Source of the DNA: Neoechinorhynchus agilis
Lineage: Eukaryota > Animalia > Acanthocephala
DNA: 64,000 nt
Direction of reading: 5' to 3'
NCBI GenBank assembly: GCA_051530055.1
Contig: CM121341.1
Coordinates: 5,868,784 to 5,932,783 of the forward strand
The notes beneath the pieces are model-generated. The model saw nothing but the letters and a program-made list of their open reading frames with translations, had not been told where the DNA came from and did not search any database. Positions within the stretch are counted from its first letter, which is position 1; every line of letters starts with the position of its first letter. Of the stretch, positions 36,800 through 48,690 are shown one piece after another. The position numbers and the translations under genes are program-made.

Positions 36800-38296
36800 T
36801 TACTCAGAAGTGTCGTCTAGTTTGATATCGCCTTTCACTGATCCTGAATTAGGGCCTTGCATTTTGAAGGTCAGTAAAACCACAGTGAGTGAAACGAAGA
36901 CGGCAAATATAAGGAAAACGTATCCTCCAATGGTGCTATATAACGGGATTGTCGCTTGACTCACAATCGCATTCGCGATGTAATTGAAGCTTAGACCAAT
37001 GCTAAGTGCTGTATCGACAGCTCGTCTCTCGAATACATCCGTAGGATACATGAACGCTATTGGTCCAATGCCGACAGCAAAGAAGAAGACGAAAATAACG
37101 AGGAATATGACACTTGACCATTGAAGTGCAGCACTTCGTGATCCCGTTGCGAGTACAACAAAAATAACTTCGAAGATGTGTGCTGCTGCCATTGCTATGA
37201 GCGTACTCATGAGCGTCTTCCTCATACCAAGCCAATCGATTATCGGAAATGCAAGGAATGTAAAGAAGACATTGAATCCAGCGATAACCAGTGTTGCACC
37301 TTGTACAAACGCTTCGTTATCATTTATTTCTCTAATGATATAACTCGAGTAGAAAAACACGGCATTGATACCGGACAAGGCCTGACAGGTTAGTATTACA
37401 ATTGTCGTGATCAATGGCCATCGATATTCTTTTATCTTTAGAATGCTTCTAAAGGAGACTTTCCCCACGCTCTCGGAACTATTTGCTTCACGTTCAATCA
37501 CTTCTAGTTCGTCTTCAACATCTTCACGACGCCGTAACTTTCTCAATGCACATCTCGCTTTATCTTTGTCATTGTAACGCATAATAAGTTCCTTTGGACT
37601 TGCAGGAATGAACGGTATCGCAATTGCAGCAACCATGGCCGGAAAAACACCCATTATGTTCGCCCACAGCCATGATTCGCATGTTCCCAGTAGCCCGAAG
37701 TGTCCGAACATATTTCCCGTGAAAATACCAATGGTTATAAAGAGTTGATGGATAACACCAATCTTTTGTGATGTTTTTTCTGTACTGATTTCTCGTAGGT
37801 ATGCCGGGACGAAGACACACGCAACTCCCGAAGAGTATCCATGAACAAGGCGGCTCATGTATATAATCCAACTAACCCAAGGATTGTAGTATGCAATCAC
37901 TGTTATGGCACACGAGGCTGCGTAAAGCGGAAATGTGGCCAGAATACATAGTCGCCTATCGAATATTTTGTTTATTTTTGGCCAAAATCCCGCTGTATAG
38001 GCACCAAAGAAGCAACCAATCACGAAAAGTGTTTGTGGAACGCCTTCCAATAACTGGTCAGATATCGATTTTGCCGCGTTCGATCCGTTCGTCGACCGAA
38101 TTTGAAGATCCTGGGTTGGGCATGATATGCTGTGGTTCAATAACAATCTATTGTAATGAGGACTGTACGGATTAGAACCGTTTATTCCGTATCCGAAAGG
38201 AAACGAACCAACAATCGAGACCACGATTGCAGATACAATCAACCAGGCGGTATATTCGGAATTTAACGATCGGAGCTTTACTTGAATCTTCTCCAT
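36800..38296 (-). CDS. Facilitated hexose transporter, SLC2A/GLUT family (intronless, 498 aa)
   Basis: GSFPFGY, VPAYLREIS, HQLFITIG, PASPK, QALSGINAVFFYS, FFAVGIGPI; about 12 hydrophobic segments. Confidence 0.95.
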   Translation of the reverse strand: MEKIQVKLRSLNSEYTAWLIVSAIVVSIVGSFPFGYGINGSNPYSPHYNRLLLNHSISCPTQDLQIRSTNGSNAAKSISDQLLEGVPQTLFVIGCFFGAYTAGFWPKINKIFDRRLCILATFPLYAASCAITVIAYYNPWVSWIIYMSRLVHGYSSGVACVFVPAYLREISTEKTSQKIGVIHQLFITIGIFTGNMFGHFGLLGTCESWLWANIMGVFPAMVAAIAIPFIPASPKELIMRYNDKDKARCALRKLRRREDVEDELEVIEREANSSESVGKVSFRSILKIKEYRWPLITTIVILTCQALSGINAVFFYSSYIIREINDNEAFVQGATLVIAGFNVFFTFLAFPIIDWLGMRKTLMSTLIAMAAAHIFEVIFVVLATGSRSAALQWSSVIFLVIFVFFFAVGIGPIAFMYPTDVFERRAVDTALSIGLSFNYIANAIVSQATIPLYSTIGGYVFLIFAVFVSLTVVLLTFKMQGPNSGSVKGDIKLDDTSE

Positions 38297-38954
38297 AATC
38301 TAAATGAGACAAGGGTTCATGGAGTGTGTGGAGAAGACGAACAAGGTGGTGGTTCGTGATTTCATTTTGAATCCAAGTTGGAGCGGTGGGTTTATAAGGC
38401 GTGTAAACCCACACAAAAAAACAAATTTAATGAAACGGTGTAAGATTGGGAGCGAAAACAAATTACGAAACACCGAATCACTCGAAAATAATTGCTTATG
38501 AGTGCCTTCTAATATTTAGATCAATCGAAGTGGACCCTAAAAATAGTTCTTCGCGATTGTTCGAAAACGTTCATGTTTATTGTACGAAAATCGTCGCTCT
38601 AGAGTTTTAGAAGAACAAAAAAGTGTGTCTTATATCCGTAACGTCTACAAAAATGTACGCCGGTATTTCAAGTCTCAAAAAATTTAGGACCTAAGGTGAG
38701 TTGTGTGTTAAAGAGCCACGTCTACTCAAAAACGCTTGTCACTTTCGACTCTACACTGAAATGGCTCGTTGATTTAAAATACAGCGACGAGATTTTGTAG
38801 TGAATATGTTATGCAAGTATTTGAAATCGACGAGTCTTTTGCATGAAGGCTGACTTGATAAAGCGAAGTTCTTTTCACGAGTCCATTATCGTCAACTCTA
38901 CGACCGTCTTATTGAACCATGAAAACTTGAACGTGGTCTATATATTCGTTTTAA

Positions 38955-40702
38955 GCCGAAAATCTCTTTTTTTTCTGGACGTTCGCTATTCTGCAGAAAT
39001 GTCGACAAATTCACGGACTGATTCCCCCATTTATTGCTGGTTTGTTTTTCGTTACTAATAAATTGCTTCTTTTTTATAGCACCAGCATAGCAGCCGATCA
39101 TTACGGCTAACACAGCGGTACCCGTCCTTTCCCTAGCTGGCCTCATTTTCATCTCGATAGGAATCGGCACGCCGAAAATCTCTTTTTTTCTGGACGTTCG
39201 CTATTCTGCAGAAATGCCGACAAATTCACGGACTGATTCCCCCATTTATTGCTGGTTTGTTTTTCGTTACTAATAAATTGCTTCTTTTTTATAGCACCAG
39301 CATGGCAGCCGATCATTACGGCTAACACAGCGGTACCCGTCCTTTTCCTAGCTGGCCTCATTTTCATCTCGATAGGAATCGGCACGCCGAAAATCTCTTT
39401 TTTTCTGGACGTTCGCTATTCTGCAGAAATGTCGACAAATTCACGGACTGATTCCCCCATTTATTGCTGGTTTGTTTTTCGTTACTAATAAATTGCTTCT
39501 TTTTTATAGCACCAGCATGGCAGCCGATCATTACGGCTAACACAGCGGTACCCGTCCTTTTCCTAGCTGGCCTCATTTTCATCTCGATAGGAATCGGCAC
39601 GCCGAAAATCTCTTTTTTTCTGGACGTTCGCTATTCTGCAGAAATGTCGACAAATTCACGGACTGATTCCCCCATTTATTGCTGGTTTGTTTTTCGTTAC
39701 TAATAAATTGCTTCTTTTTTATAGCGCCGGCACCAGCATGGCAGCCGATCATTACGGCTAACACAGCGGTACCCGTCCTTTTCCTAGCTGGCCTCATTTT
39801 CATCTCGATAGGAATCGGCACGCCGAAAATCTCTTTTTTTCTGGACGTTCGCTATTCTGCAGAAATGTCGACAAATTCACGGACTGATTCCCCCATTTAT
39901 TGCTGGTTTGTTTTTCGTTACTAATAAATTGCTTCTTTTTTATAGCGCCGGCACCAGCATGGCAGCCGATCATTACGGCTAACACAGCGGTACCCGTCCT
40001 TTTCCTAGCTGGCCTCATTTTCATCTCGATAGGAATCGGCACGCCGAAAATCTCTTTTTTTCTGGACGTTCGCTATTCTGCAGAAATGTCGACAAATTCA
40101 CGGACTGATTCCCCCATTTATTGCTGGTTTGTTTTTCGTTACTAATAAATTGCTTCTTTTTTATAGCGCCGGCACCAGCATGGCAGCCGATCATTACGGC
40201 TAAAACAGCGGTACCCGTCCTTTTCCTAGCTGGCCTCATTTTCATCTCGATAGGAATCGGCACGCCGAAAATCTCTTTTTTTCTGGACGTTCGCTATTCT
40301 GCAGAAATGTCGACAAATTCACGGACTGATTCCCCCATTTATTGCTGGTTTGTTTTTCGTTACTAATAAATTGCTTCTTTTTTATAGCGCCGGCACCAGC
40401 ATGGCAGCCGATCATTACGGCTAACACGGTACCCGTCCTTTTCCTAGCTGGCCTCATTTTCATCTCGATAGGAATCGGCACGCCGAAAATCTCTTTTTTT
40501 CTGGACGTTCGCTATTCTGCAGAAATGTCGACAAATTCACGGACTGATTCCCCCATTTATTGCTGGTTTGTTTTTCGTTACTAATAAATTGCTTCTTTTT
40601 TATAGCGCCGGCACCAGCATGGCAGCCGATCATTACGGCTAACACAGCGGTACCCGTCCTTTTCCTAGCTGGCCTCATTTTCATCCCGATAGGAATCGGC
40701 AC
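38955..40702 (+). repeat. Tandem array of 8 units (215-221 bp) containing the 5' end of a CDC50/TMEM30 gene
   Basis: GCCGAAAATC anchor at 38955, 39171, 39386, 39601, 39822, 40043, 40264, 40482; each unit encodes [29 protein letters not shown] (first unit has a stop at W). Confidence 0.97.
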
Positions 40703-40915
40703 ATCCTAATCACTTCAGATTCTGCACACGAATTCGTGGTGAATTACAAAGACTGCGAATCCGCTGACCGAAGTGCAAATACGTTCCGATTGGTCCGATT
40801 TGTACATAGGAATCTCTTGAGAAGGTTAAACGCATTCATTTTGCTTTTAACTTGTCGATATTGGAGACGTTTGAACTTATTTAGGCTGATGAATTTTATA
40901 AAAAAAATCAGTAAG
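40525..40915 (+). pseudogene. TMEM30A: CDC50/TMEM30 (P4-ATPase beta subunit) 5' remnant, frameshifted
   Basis: PAWQPI.TA..V...[11 protein letters not shown] then, after a frameshift, [18 protein letters not shown]; matches the CDC50 PAWQPILT...[11 protein letters not shown]...E..IDY..C segment. No intact downstream CDC50 ORF found. Confidence 0.8.
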
Positions 40916-42739
40916 CGTTGCCTTTAGAAATAACTAAAGGGAGAGAGAGGATCAAGCGCGAGAATGTTTTTTCGCAGTTTGCTTCTGCCTTGCAGCTATT
41001 ATTGGAGTCCTGGTGATATTATCCTAAAAAAAAGCAAAGCCCACCATTTTCAATAAGAATAAACTATTTAAAAAGCGTTTCAAGAGGTCTAAATCCACAT
41101 GAAGCTAATAACTTCCAAGGGTTATTAACATCGCTTTAAAAAAAGAAGGCTCAAAGTTCCGGCGATTGGAAGTTAAACTGTGCAACCTTCTTTTTCATCC
41201 TCCATTGACCTCGAACTTCCCTATACCTACGCTCCTTCTGTTCCACGCTGCCCAATCTTTTCTCGAATATCAAGACTCGAAATAAACCTGAGGAAAGGCC
41301 GAAGCTCTCCTGCACACAATAATCACCAACATTCCTATCCGAACGAACCACTCCAAAATCAACAACCGCATTCATTGAACAAATCAGAACCCGAGTTTTG
41401 GTATGAGGAACTCCCAAATTGGGGCATGGGTCATCATCTTTGTTAACTAACAATTAAACATGTTATTATAACATTATTTTCACGTTTAAATTAAACCTTT
41501 TTCTCAACAATTTTGATCAGAGGACATGGAGTTCAAACAATGGAGCACAAGAACGACATTTGTCCTTCGCATCAGCCCCTCTTTTGCCTGCTTGGAAAGC
41601 AATTTTCTATTGCTGATTGTTGGAAATGAGAAGTAGAATAGCGACTATTTTGCGTCAGAATAATGAAGTCTTCTTTCAAAATGAAAACTCGCCATTTTTC
41701 ACTGTTTATCTCGATATTTGTGAGTCGATTTTCGATGCGTTCGGCCATTTTTACTCTAAAATTAGTTTTTATATTCAAAAATGCAGCCGGAAATGGGCTC
41801 TCGTGTACTTTAACGTCTTCTTTTTACAATGGAGAATTCAATACGATTTTACGACAAAGTTTTATCTAATGCAAATCCCCCGATCTCATCGCAGAATATT
41901 CGAAAAGCAAAAAAACAAATTTTATATTGTAAAGAAGTTGTTCGTTTTTTATATACGTTCTCTTTGGTGATGAGAAGATTCGATATTTCGTTTCCGACGA
42001 AACAAATATTGTATAAATTCTCAACTATTTTGTCCATTAGATGCCCGGTTTTCCATATTTTCATTCCGTCTTCATCATTCTCGTCTTAAAACCGATAATT
42101 TTAGTCATCTTGGCTCACGATAATCTCATGTAACCTTTAGAATATTCAAATCTCTCAGTATTGGTTGTGAGTTTCGTTCTACAAAAAAATCGTGGTTGTT
42201 TTTAGAAAAAACTAATATACTCTGATGCTTTGTTTTTAATCCGATTGTTTTTGTTACCCTTTACGCAATCATAGTTGCAAAAAACAACAACGTTGTTGTC
42301 ATAAAAACACTAAATGCAGACTACAGCGTTCTCCCCCCGGTTCAGACTTTTGTTTTGCAGAAGAAAAGGCTTCTGATCTCGGATCTCCAGTGTTTCGTCT
42401 GATTCTCTTGGACAATTATTTGATTAGGTTCTGCGTGGGAATACTGTGACACCGCCCGGTCCACGGCGGCCATCGAATCGGCAAAGATTGCTCGGCTCTG
42501 GGATATTGGACACATTCACAGTATTCAGGGCACGACTGGAATGGTTTAGTTCGCTTGTCGACACCTGACCGAGATCGCGTTAAAGAGACCAATGAATATA
42601 TTTCGACTGATTGAATCCAAGTTAAGTAGCGTTTTTACCCTGGAGCATTCCAAATGTCGACTACAAATGACGTCATCGTACCCGGAAGAATTACAAAAGA
42701 GTTTTTGTCGGACGATTACAATGTGGGTGCGTTTTCCGA

Positions 42740-44097
42740 ATGTTTTGTTACCCTCAAAATGGATGCTTGCAACCGAGTGATTTGAAGAAGCTTCATCCTT
42801 ATTTGTTCCATCCTACGGACAAGAAGATCCGTTCGAATACTATTGGATACATGCGTGCTTGTATGCATTCGGATCCCAACTATTCGCAAGAACTTGAATC
42901 TTTCTTGAATTTGCTGGAAACAAATAGGAATGATGAGAAATGTGTTTTGGAGTTCGTTCGTGCTCTTGGTCTCATTTTGGAGCCGTTAATGAAGAACAAC
43001 AATAGAGCGGATACACTGACTGCGGCTGCCAAACAAATTGGATTGGATTCGTGGATTGTTGATGTTAGACATAGCGTTGTCCATCGACCTCAGTTACCAC
43101 CAATGAACATCATTAAAATGGCCATCGATCGATTGACTTCTTGGTTAAAGATTAATTTCTACGATGTTGTCATGAACTACGACGATGCTTCTGCTCCAAA
43201 TTTAAATTCACATTGAACATTTTGTTGTTAAAGAGCAAAATATTCAGTGTTATAAATGACGCCTACGGTGATTATGAGAATCAGGGTTCATTTGACTCCA
43301 GTCTCCAATGTGAGTTGATCAAATATGCGACTCATTTGGGTGAAAATGTTCAAGTTGAACTAAAAAAAGCGGATTCGGTGTTAGTTTGCGACGCTATGCT
43401 CAGTATCAAAGTTTTCGTGTGGCTCAAAAGAAAGCAACACCTCAAGGATTCCAAGTTGTCTCTTGTAGATAACTTTAGTGCATTGATCGACGATCTATCA
43501 AGGCATAATTCAAGGTTTCTTCATATACTGATCGATAGAGTTCTTCTTTTGTTCACCTTAAATCACTATTGCTCTCCCGATCACTTGGCGGCCTCTATAC
43601 AATTACTCACATGGATCGTCGACCATCGAAGTGATGGATTTTTATGCCGACAACTTTTAAGTTCATTCAATGCTCTCATCAATAGCGATGGTGATCGTTT
43701 GTCATTAAAGGTCAAGCCAACCGCTGACTTATTGACGATAGTACAAAAAGTCATGAAACGATGCGATCCTCAATCTGTGGACGTAAAAGACATTGCCGAA
43801 CGATTTTTTCAGAGCGAATCGAAGTGTACTGATGAGCATAGAAAAGGAATAGTTACTTTGATTGACTCAAAGGACGAGCAATTCGTTCATGATGGTGACG
43901 AGGGATGTTGGTTTGTTCCTCGAGGACCAATCGTGGACGACGATGACCAAGACGACGGCAGTGATTTTAGCGACAAAAAAGAAAAGAAACGAGTGTTCAA
44001 AAATGCTCAAAGTAACCTCAATCCGGAAAATATGTCTTTTGCGAAATGCTTTCTTGACGATTACCGCAAAGGATGCGATAAATTGTTTGTACTCTAA
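42740..44097 (+). CDS. LAS1L: LAS1-like pre-rRNA endonuclease (two overlapping ORFs; intron or frameshift near 43170-43230)
   Basis: LEFVRALGLI...AAKQIGLDSWIVDVRHSVVH..LP matches the Las1 HEPN RH.x.H motif region. Confidence 0.8.
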
Positions 44098-44217
44098 AGA
44101 TCGGTTGTTTTTGCTTAAAAATCAACATTATTGCCCAATAAAACCAATTTGAACTATTTTTCTGGCGCGCGCGCTCATTATCGGTTATTTATATATCAGC
44201 TGCTGCTGCTCCTCCCT

Positions 44218-47200
44218 CTAACGGTTTTCATTGGCTTCATTTTCGCATACTTTTGCTAGTATTCGGTCCATGAGATGTGCAAGATCGTTCAGATGAGGTC
44301 CTCCGAAACATGGAGAGCACTGAGAAGTCTCTGATCCGGTCCTGAACCTAACTTTAACGTTTTGAGACCTACACGCTGACATGTGCCGCTTGGTCCTTCT
44401 TTTTTTTGGAGGTGGCATTCTCCTCAATACCAAGAAGCGAAGTATGTCAGACAGTGATACGATGCCGATAACGCAGTAGTCGTGGTCCACGCAAACCAGT
44501 CGGTGAACTCTAGCATTGACCAACTTCTCTAAGACACTGAAAATGTTGTCGGATTTTGTACAAGTGTGCAGAATATCGTGCATTCCACGTTCCATCAATG
44601 CGTTCCCAATCGGCTTTCCGAGATCGTGAAATGACTGCTGGGCCGCCAAATGAATTACATCAAATCGACTGTAAATGTCCACCAAACGAAACTTCTTCTT
44701 TCCGTCAAAGTCCCTTGTTTCTATCACAGGAAGCGCACTGACCCTCGAATCAATGAACATACAAAGCACTTGGTATATCGTCAAATCAGCCGTGATCTGT
44801 ACAACAACAACAATGGGGACGCGTGTTGGGCCCAGGAGCCTAGTGGTGCGCGTTCAGAATGCCTGTCGCTGGATTCCACAGGGGAGAGTTGCGAGGCTGC
44901 TGGAAGCACAGGAATCAGGCTTGAGATCGAACATCGACCTCAGATCAATTCGAGTGCGGATGAGAGCCTCACAAGTGTGTGAGTTTGAGAAAGTTCCCAA
45001 AAAGAACGATAAAAGATCCCAAAGACATGCCGTAAGGATAAGGAAGCAAAAACAAAAGCGCGTTCAAAATGTGCTCGATCGCTAGTTCAAATCCACTGGT
45101 CGCTGGATTCCACAGGGGAGAGTTGCGAGGCTGCTGGAAGCACAGGAATCAGGTTTGAGATCGAACATCGACCTCAGATCAATTCGAGTGCGGATGAGAG
45201 CCTCACAAGTGTGTGAGTTTGAGAAAGTTCCCAAAAAGAACGATAAAAGATCCCAAAGACATGCCGTAAGGATAAGGAAGCAAAAACAAAAGCGCGTTCA
45301 AAATGTGCTCGATCGCTAGTTCAAATCCACTGGTCGCTGGATTCCACAGGGGAGAGTTGCGAGGCTGCTGGAAGCATAGGAATCAGGTTTGAGATCGAAC
45401 ATCGACCTCAGATCAATTCGAGTGCGGATGAGAGCCTCACAAGTGTGTGAGTTTGAGAAAGTTCCCAAAAAGAACGATAAAAGATCCCAAAGACATGCCG
45501 TAAGGATAAGGAAGCAAAAACAAAAGCGCGTTCAAAATGTGCTCGATCGCTAGTTCAAATCCACTGGTCGCTGGATTCCACAGGGGAGAGTTGCGAGGCT
45601 GCTGGAAGCATAGGAATCAGGCTTGAGATCGAACATCGACCTCAGATCAATTCGAGTGCGGATGAGAGCTTCCCAAGTGTGTGAGTTTGAGAAAGAAGCT
45701 CAAAAAAAAGATATGCAGTGATGCCATGAGTGTAAGCGATTTACGGCGATCCAAAATCGGAATTACGAATTCTATTTTTTAGACACGCGAAAAAAATAGG
45801 AAAAAAAGGTGTCATCTTACCATTTGTACATTTTCAAACGTTCCAATGTTCGCCTTCTCCAATGCTGTCTTCAAATATTTTGGCTGAGGTAAATCATTTA
45901 TCTAAAGACGAAGTTAGCTTCGAAGCACATTTGTTAACTCTCTCTCACATATACGAATAAAAAGTGTAAAAGTCGTTTATGGCTGATTATTCCAAGAGCG
46001 TTGCCTGTTTCGGGATCAATGACTAGTAGACGTCGAATGGACCGATTCAATAGTTTACAGATCGCATCAAAAAGACTAGCAAACATTTAAAAATTGATTT
46101 TAAGACGTGTTTTATACCTGTCATCCGGTCCGATGGACACAAGTGGATTATCGTTCGTCGCAGAAGACTGTCTCCATTCGTAAATGGTTTGAATATCAAA
46201 ATGTTTTCCGATGGAACCCTTTTGTGTGTGTGTGTTGATTGCAACAAATACATTTCTGTATTGAAAACCTACCGATTCTTGATCATGATAATGAGTAAGG
46301 GCCATGATGTAGTCGGTTATCGTCAACATTCCTACAAATCTCTGTCTGTCCGAATTAAATATACAAGCAGCTCGGACGCCGTTATATAGCAAAGCATAGA
46401 AAGCCTTTTTGAGCTAAACCATTTTTGTGTCCGACCGCTGTTTTTGTCATTAGAGGAAAAAACTAACCCCTAAATTATCGGTAAAAACCACTAATTTTGA
46501 CGACTTTGGCAGTATTTGGTAGCACGTATGCGATTTCATGAATTGCCTATATATCTCTTGATCATCTAAATAAGACACAAGAGACCTTTAACGAAACTAA
46601 ACACTATTAAACTTACGAAAAACTTGTAGAATGTCATCAGCGACATCAATGTCAGCCGCAACACCTTTCTAATTATTTTTTTAAATTGAACTATAGAAGA
46701 TTATGAGCAAATGATTGGCGAACGTACTGGTGGTGCTTTGTATATAAACCGCATTATACCCGGAGCTGAAGCTTTGAGTTGATCAGGGGAGACTTGTGAT
46801 AGATTTGAAATGTACGGTGATTGAGACGATAGCGCTGAAACTAAAAAAAACTAAAACGTTATCAGATCAACGTGAGAGTTTTTTACGGGCGGGGCGAACC
46901 TATGAACCTGGAGTTTGTTATATTCACCGGTTGTTGAGAACAATTCGCTATTGCACTCTAAAGTGATTCAAAATTATTCGTATGATCTAAACAAAACTGC
47001 GCTTGCAAAACAAACAACAAAGGGGCCAACTTTCATCGTCAAGTACACGACGAATGCTAATATATCAACAAAATCGCATTTATTCCTCTAATAAATTTAG
47101 AAGTAGCACGTTTAATAACTTAATATAAAGAGCTTTATTTATTGAAAAATGAAACTGCTCATGATTGTTGTGTAGTGGCGACAAAAATTATGTAAATTTA

Positions 47201-48690
47201 TTGAATCGATATTTCGGCTCAATCCACATAATTTTTGTCGCCACTACAATAAAGACGGAAGGCCATTTTACATCGTTTACAAACTTAGAACAACGGATTC
47301 AACTCAGCTAACTGTTTTCTGTTGTCATACAAAACATTTTAATCTATAGATATTAGAAAACAACTCCGATTCATTTCTTGATGAGAACTTAATCCACTTG
47401 ATAAAGATGGATCGCTCCCTTTTTAAAGGATTTCAAACTTTGATTCATGCTATCCTTTTATATCAATGTGTGGTGGCCTTTTATCACACACACACGGCTG
47501 ATGATTTTCCTTGGGCACACAGCCCACCGATTTGGTTGAGAGAAGTAATTCAAAACTCAAAACCCGGATGATTCATCGATATTAAGTAATTTTATTCGCT
47601 TCCCTGAACCAAATCGATGGGCTGTGTGCCCAAGGAAAATCATCAGCCGTGTGTGTGTGATAAAAGGCCACCACACATTGATAAAAGTTACCGGCTGGCC
47701 AATCTTCATTAAAATATTCTATATACATAACAATAGCCATAAACTCTTTCTGGTGACTTAGATAAACAACGGAGCATTTTCCTTGTAAAGGAGTGTGAAA
47801 CTTCTCGAATACCCAAGTCGATGACTTACTTGAAATTCCTCGATTTTTCCAGGGGATATTTTTGCACATAAGATATCGTTAACACCGGGAACAATTCGTC
47901 GTTTTTTCCTCGTGGCATCACCAGAGGAACTTTCATCCTGTGAGCAATCAGTAGTGGTAGAAACGGAATCGCCACTGGTCACATAAACTTCTTTTATTGC
48001 TTTAAGACTGGTCAGTTCGAGTGATCCCGTAGTCGTCGTCGGTGCTGCTGCTGCATTGACGAAAGTTTCCTGCTGTTTTTGATGTAGGTTCTCAACCTTC
48101 ACTCCATTAAGAGCCCTCACCATATCTTTTCTATCAAGTGGAACCAAATTAACGCTCTCATGTTTTTGAAGAGGATGAAAAGTTAGCAATTTGCTTCTGA
48201 GTCCGCCGCTTACTGTAACATAGTAAGCAGAATCAGGCGAAAGCATACTATCTAGCATACTGATCGAAGGTGGTGCAACGGGGCTATTAGATCGTCGGCG
48301 TTGTGGATCAACTGTGGAGCTAACATCCCGATTGCTTCGTTTCATTTTTGATCTATGCCGTCTGATTAGAAGTCTCTTAAGCAGGCTCTGATCGTTTTGA
48401 CCATCAGACGCGTCCGATATCGATTTAGATCTCGTTCTATCGGAATTTCGTGTTCTATCCATAATTCCGAGCTTCAATCCATCCACTGCCGGTCTAACTC
48501 GTTTATTCCACACGCGCTGAAGAATATTGCCACCACTGATTGGCGCTTGGTTCGTCGACAAATTCTCATCTTCCTCCTCTTCCTCCTCCTCCTCGTCAGA
48601 CACATCGATGCTCTTAGAACGAAAATAAGCCATCCGGAACAATCGCGATCGCTTTGGCGACGAGTCCGCATCGCGGTGCGGTGATTCCAT
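44218..48690 (-). CDS. PRKAG: AMP-activated protein kinase gamma subunit with long N-terminal exon (gamma2/SNF4A-like), multi-exon
   Basis: FMKSHTCYQILPKSSKLVVF, NGVRAA, FVGMLTITDY, RVSALPV, VDIYSRFDVIHLAA, VHRLVCVD, GIVSLSDILRFL. The 47758-48690 ORF can be joined in frame by GT-AG splicing (inferred). Confidence 0.92.
44865..45695. repeat. Intronic tandem array, 234-bp unit x about 3.55
   Basis: GTCGCTGGATTCC at 44865, 45099, 45333, 45567; lies in the AMPK-gamma intron between NVQM and ITADLTIY. Confidence 0.97.
47171..47248. repeat. Perfect 23-bp inverted repeat with 32-nt loop (intronic)
   Basis: TGTAGTGGCGACAAAAATTATGT at 47171-47193 and its reverse complement at 47226-47248. Confidence 0.92.
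47461..47683. mobile_element. MITE-like element, 77-bp terminal inverted repeats (1 mismatch), TA at both ends
   Basis: 47461-47537 versus 47607-47683; 69-bp core; non-coding; inside an AMPK-gamma intron. Confidence 0.85.

Noticed and set aside
29433-38296. Bacterial origin (HGT or contamination) of the intronless genes
   Set aside because: The proteins are eukaryotic types (mitochondrial presequences, SGT1, GLUT) and are interleaved with intron-containing genes.
43160-43235. LAS1L frameshift as pseudogenisation
   Set aside because: A GT..AAG intron of about 65 nt can join the two ORFs in frame, although its donor is weak.
44800-44990. RT motif QQGDPLGP-like sequence next to the 234-bp array
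   Set aside because: Needs several indels to read; probably chance.
45080-45100. tRNA gene at the GTTCAAATCC motif
   Set aside because: No cloverleaf or A-box could be folded; no tRNA or rRNA genes were recognised anywhere in the window.
30802-45695. Tandem arrays as CRISPR arrays or SL RNA/5S gene arrays
   Set aside because: No unique spacers or cas genes, and the context is eukaryotic. No recognisable 5S sequence; Sm-like (ACTTTTCTGG, CATTTTGA) and donor motifs are too weak to call an SL RNA.
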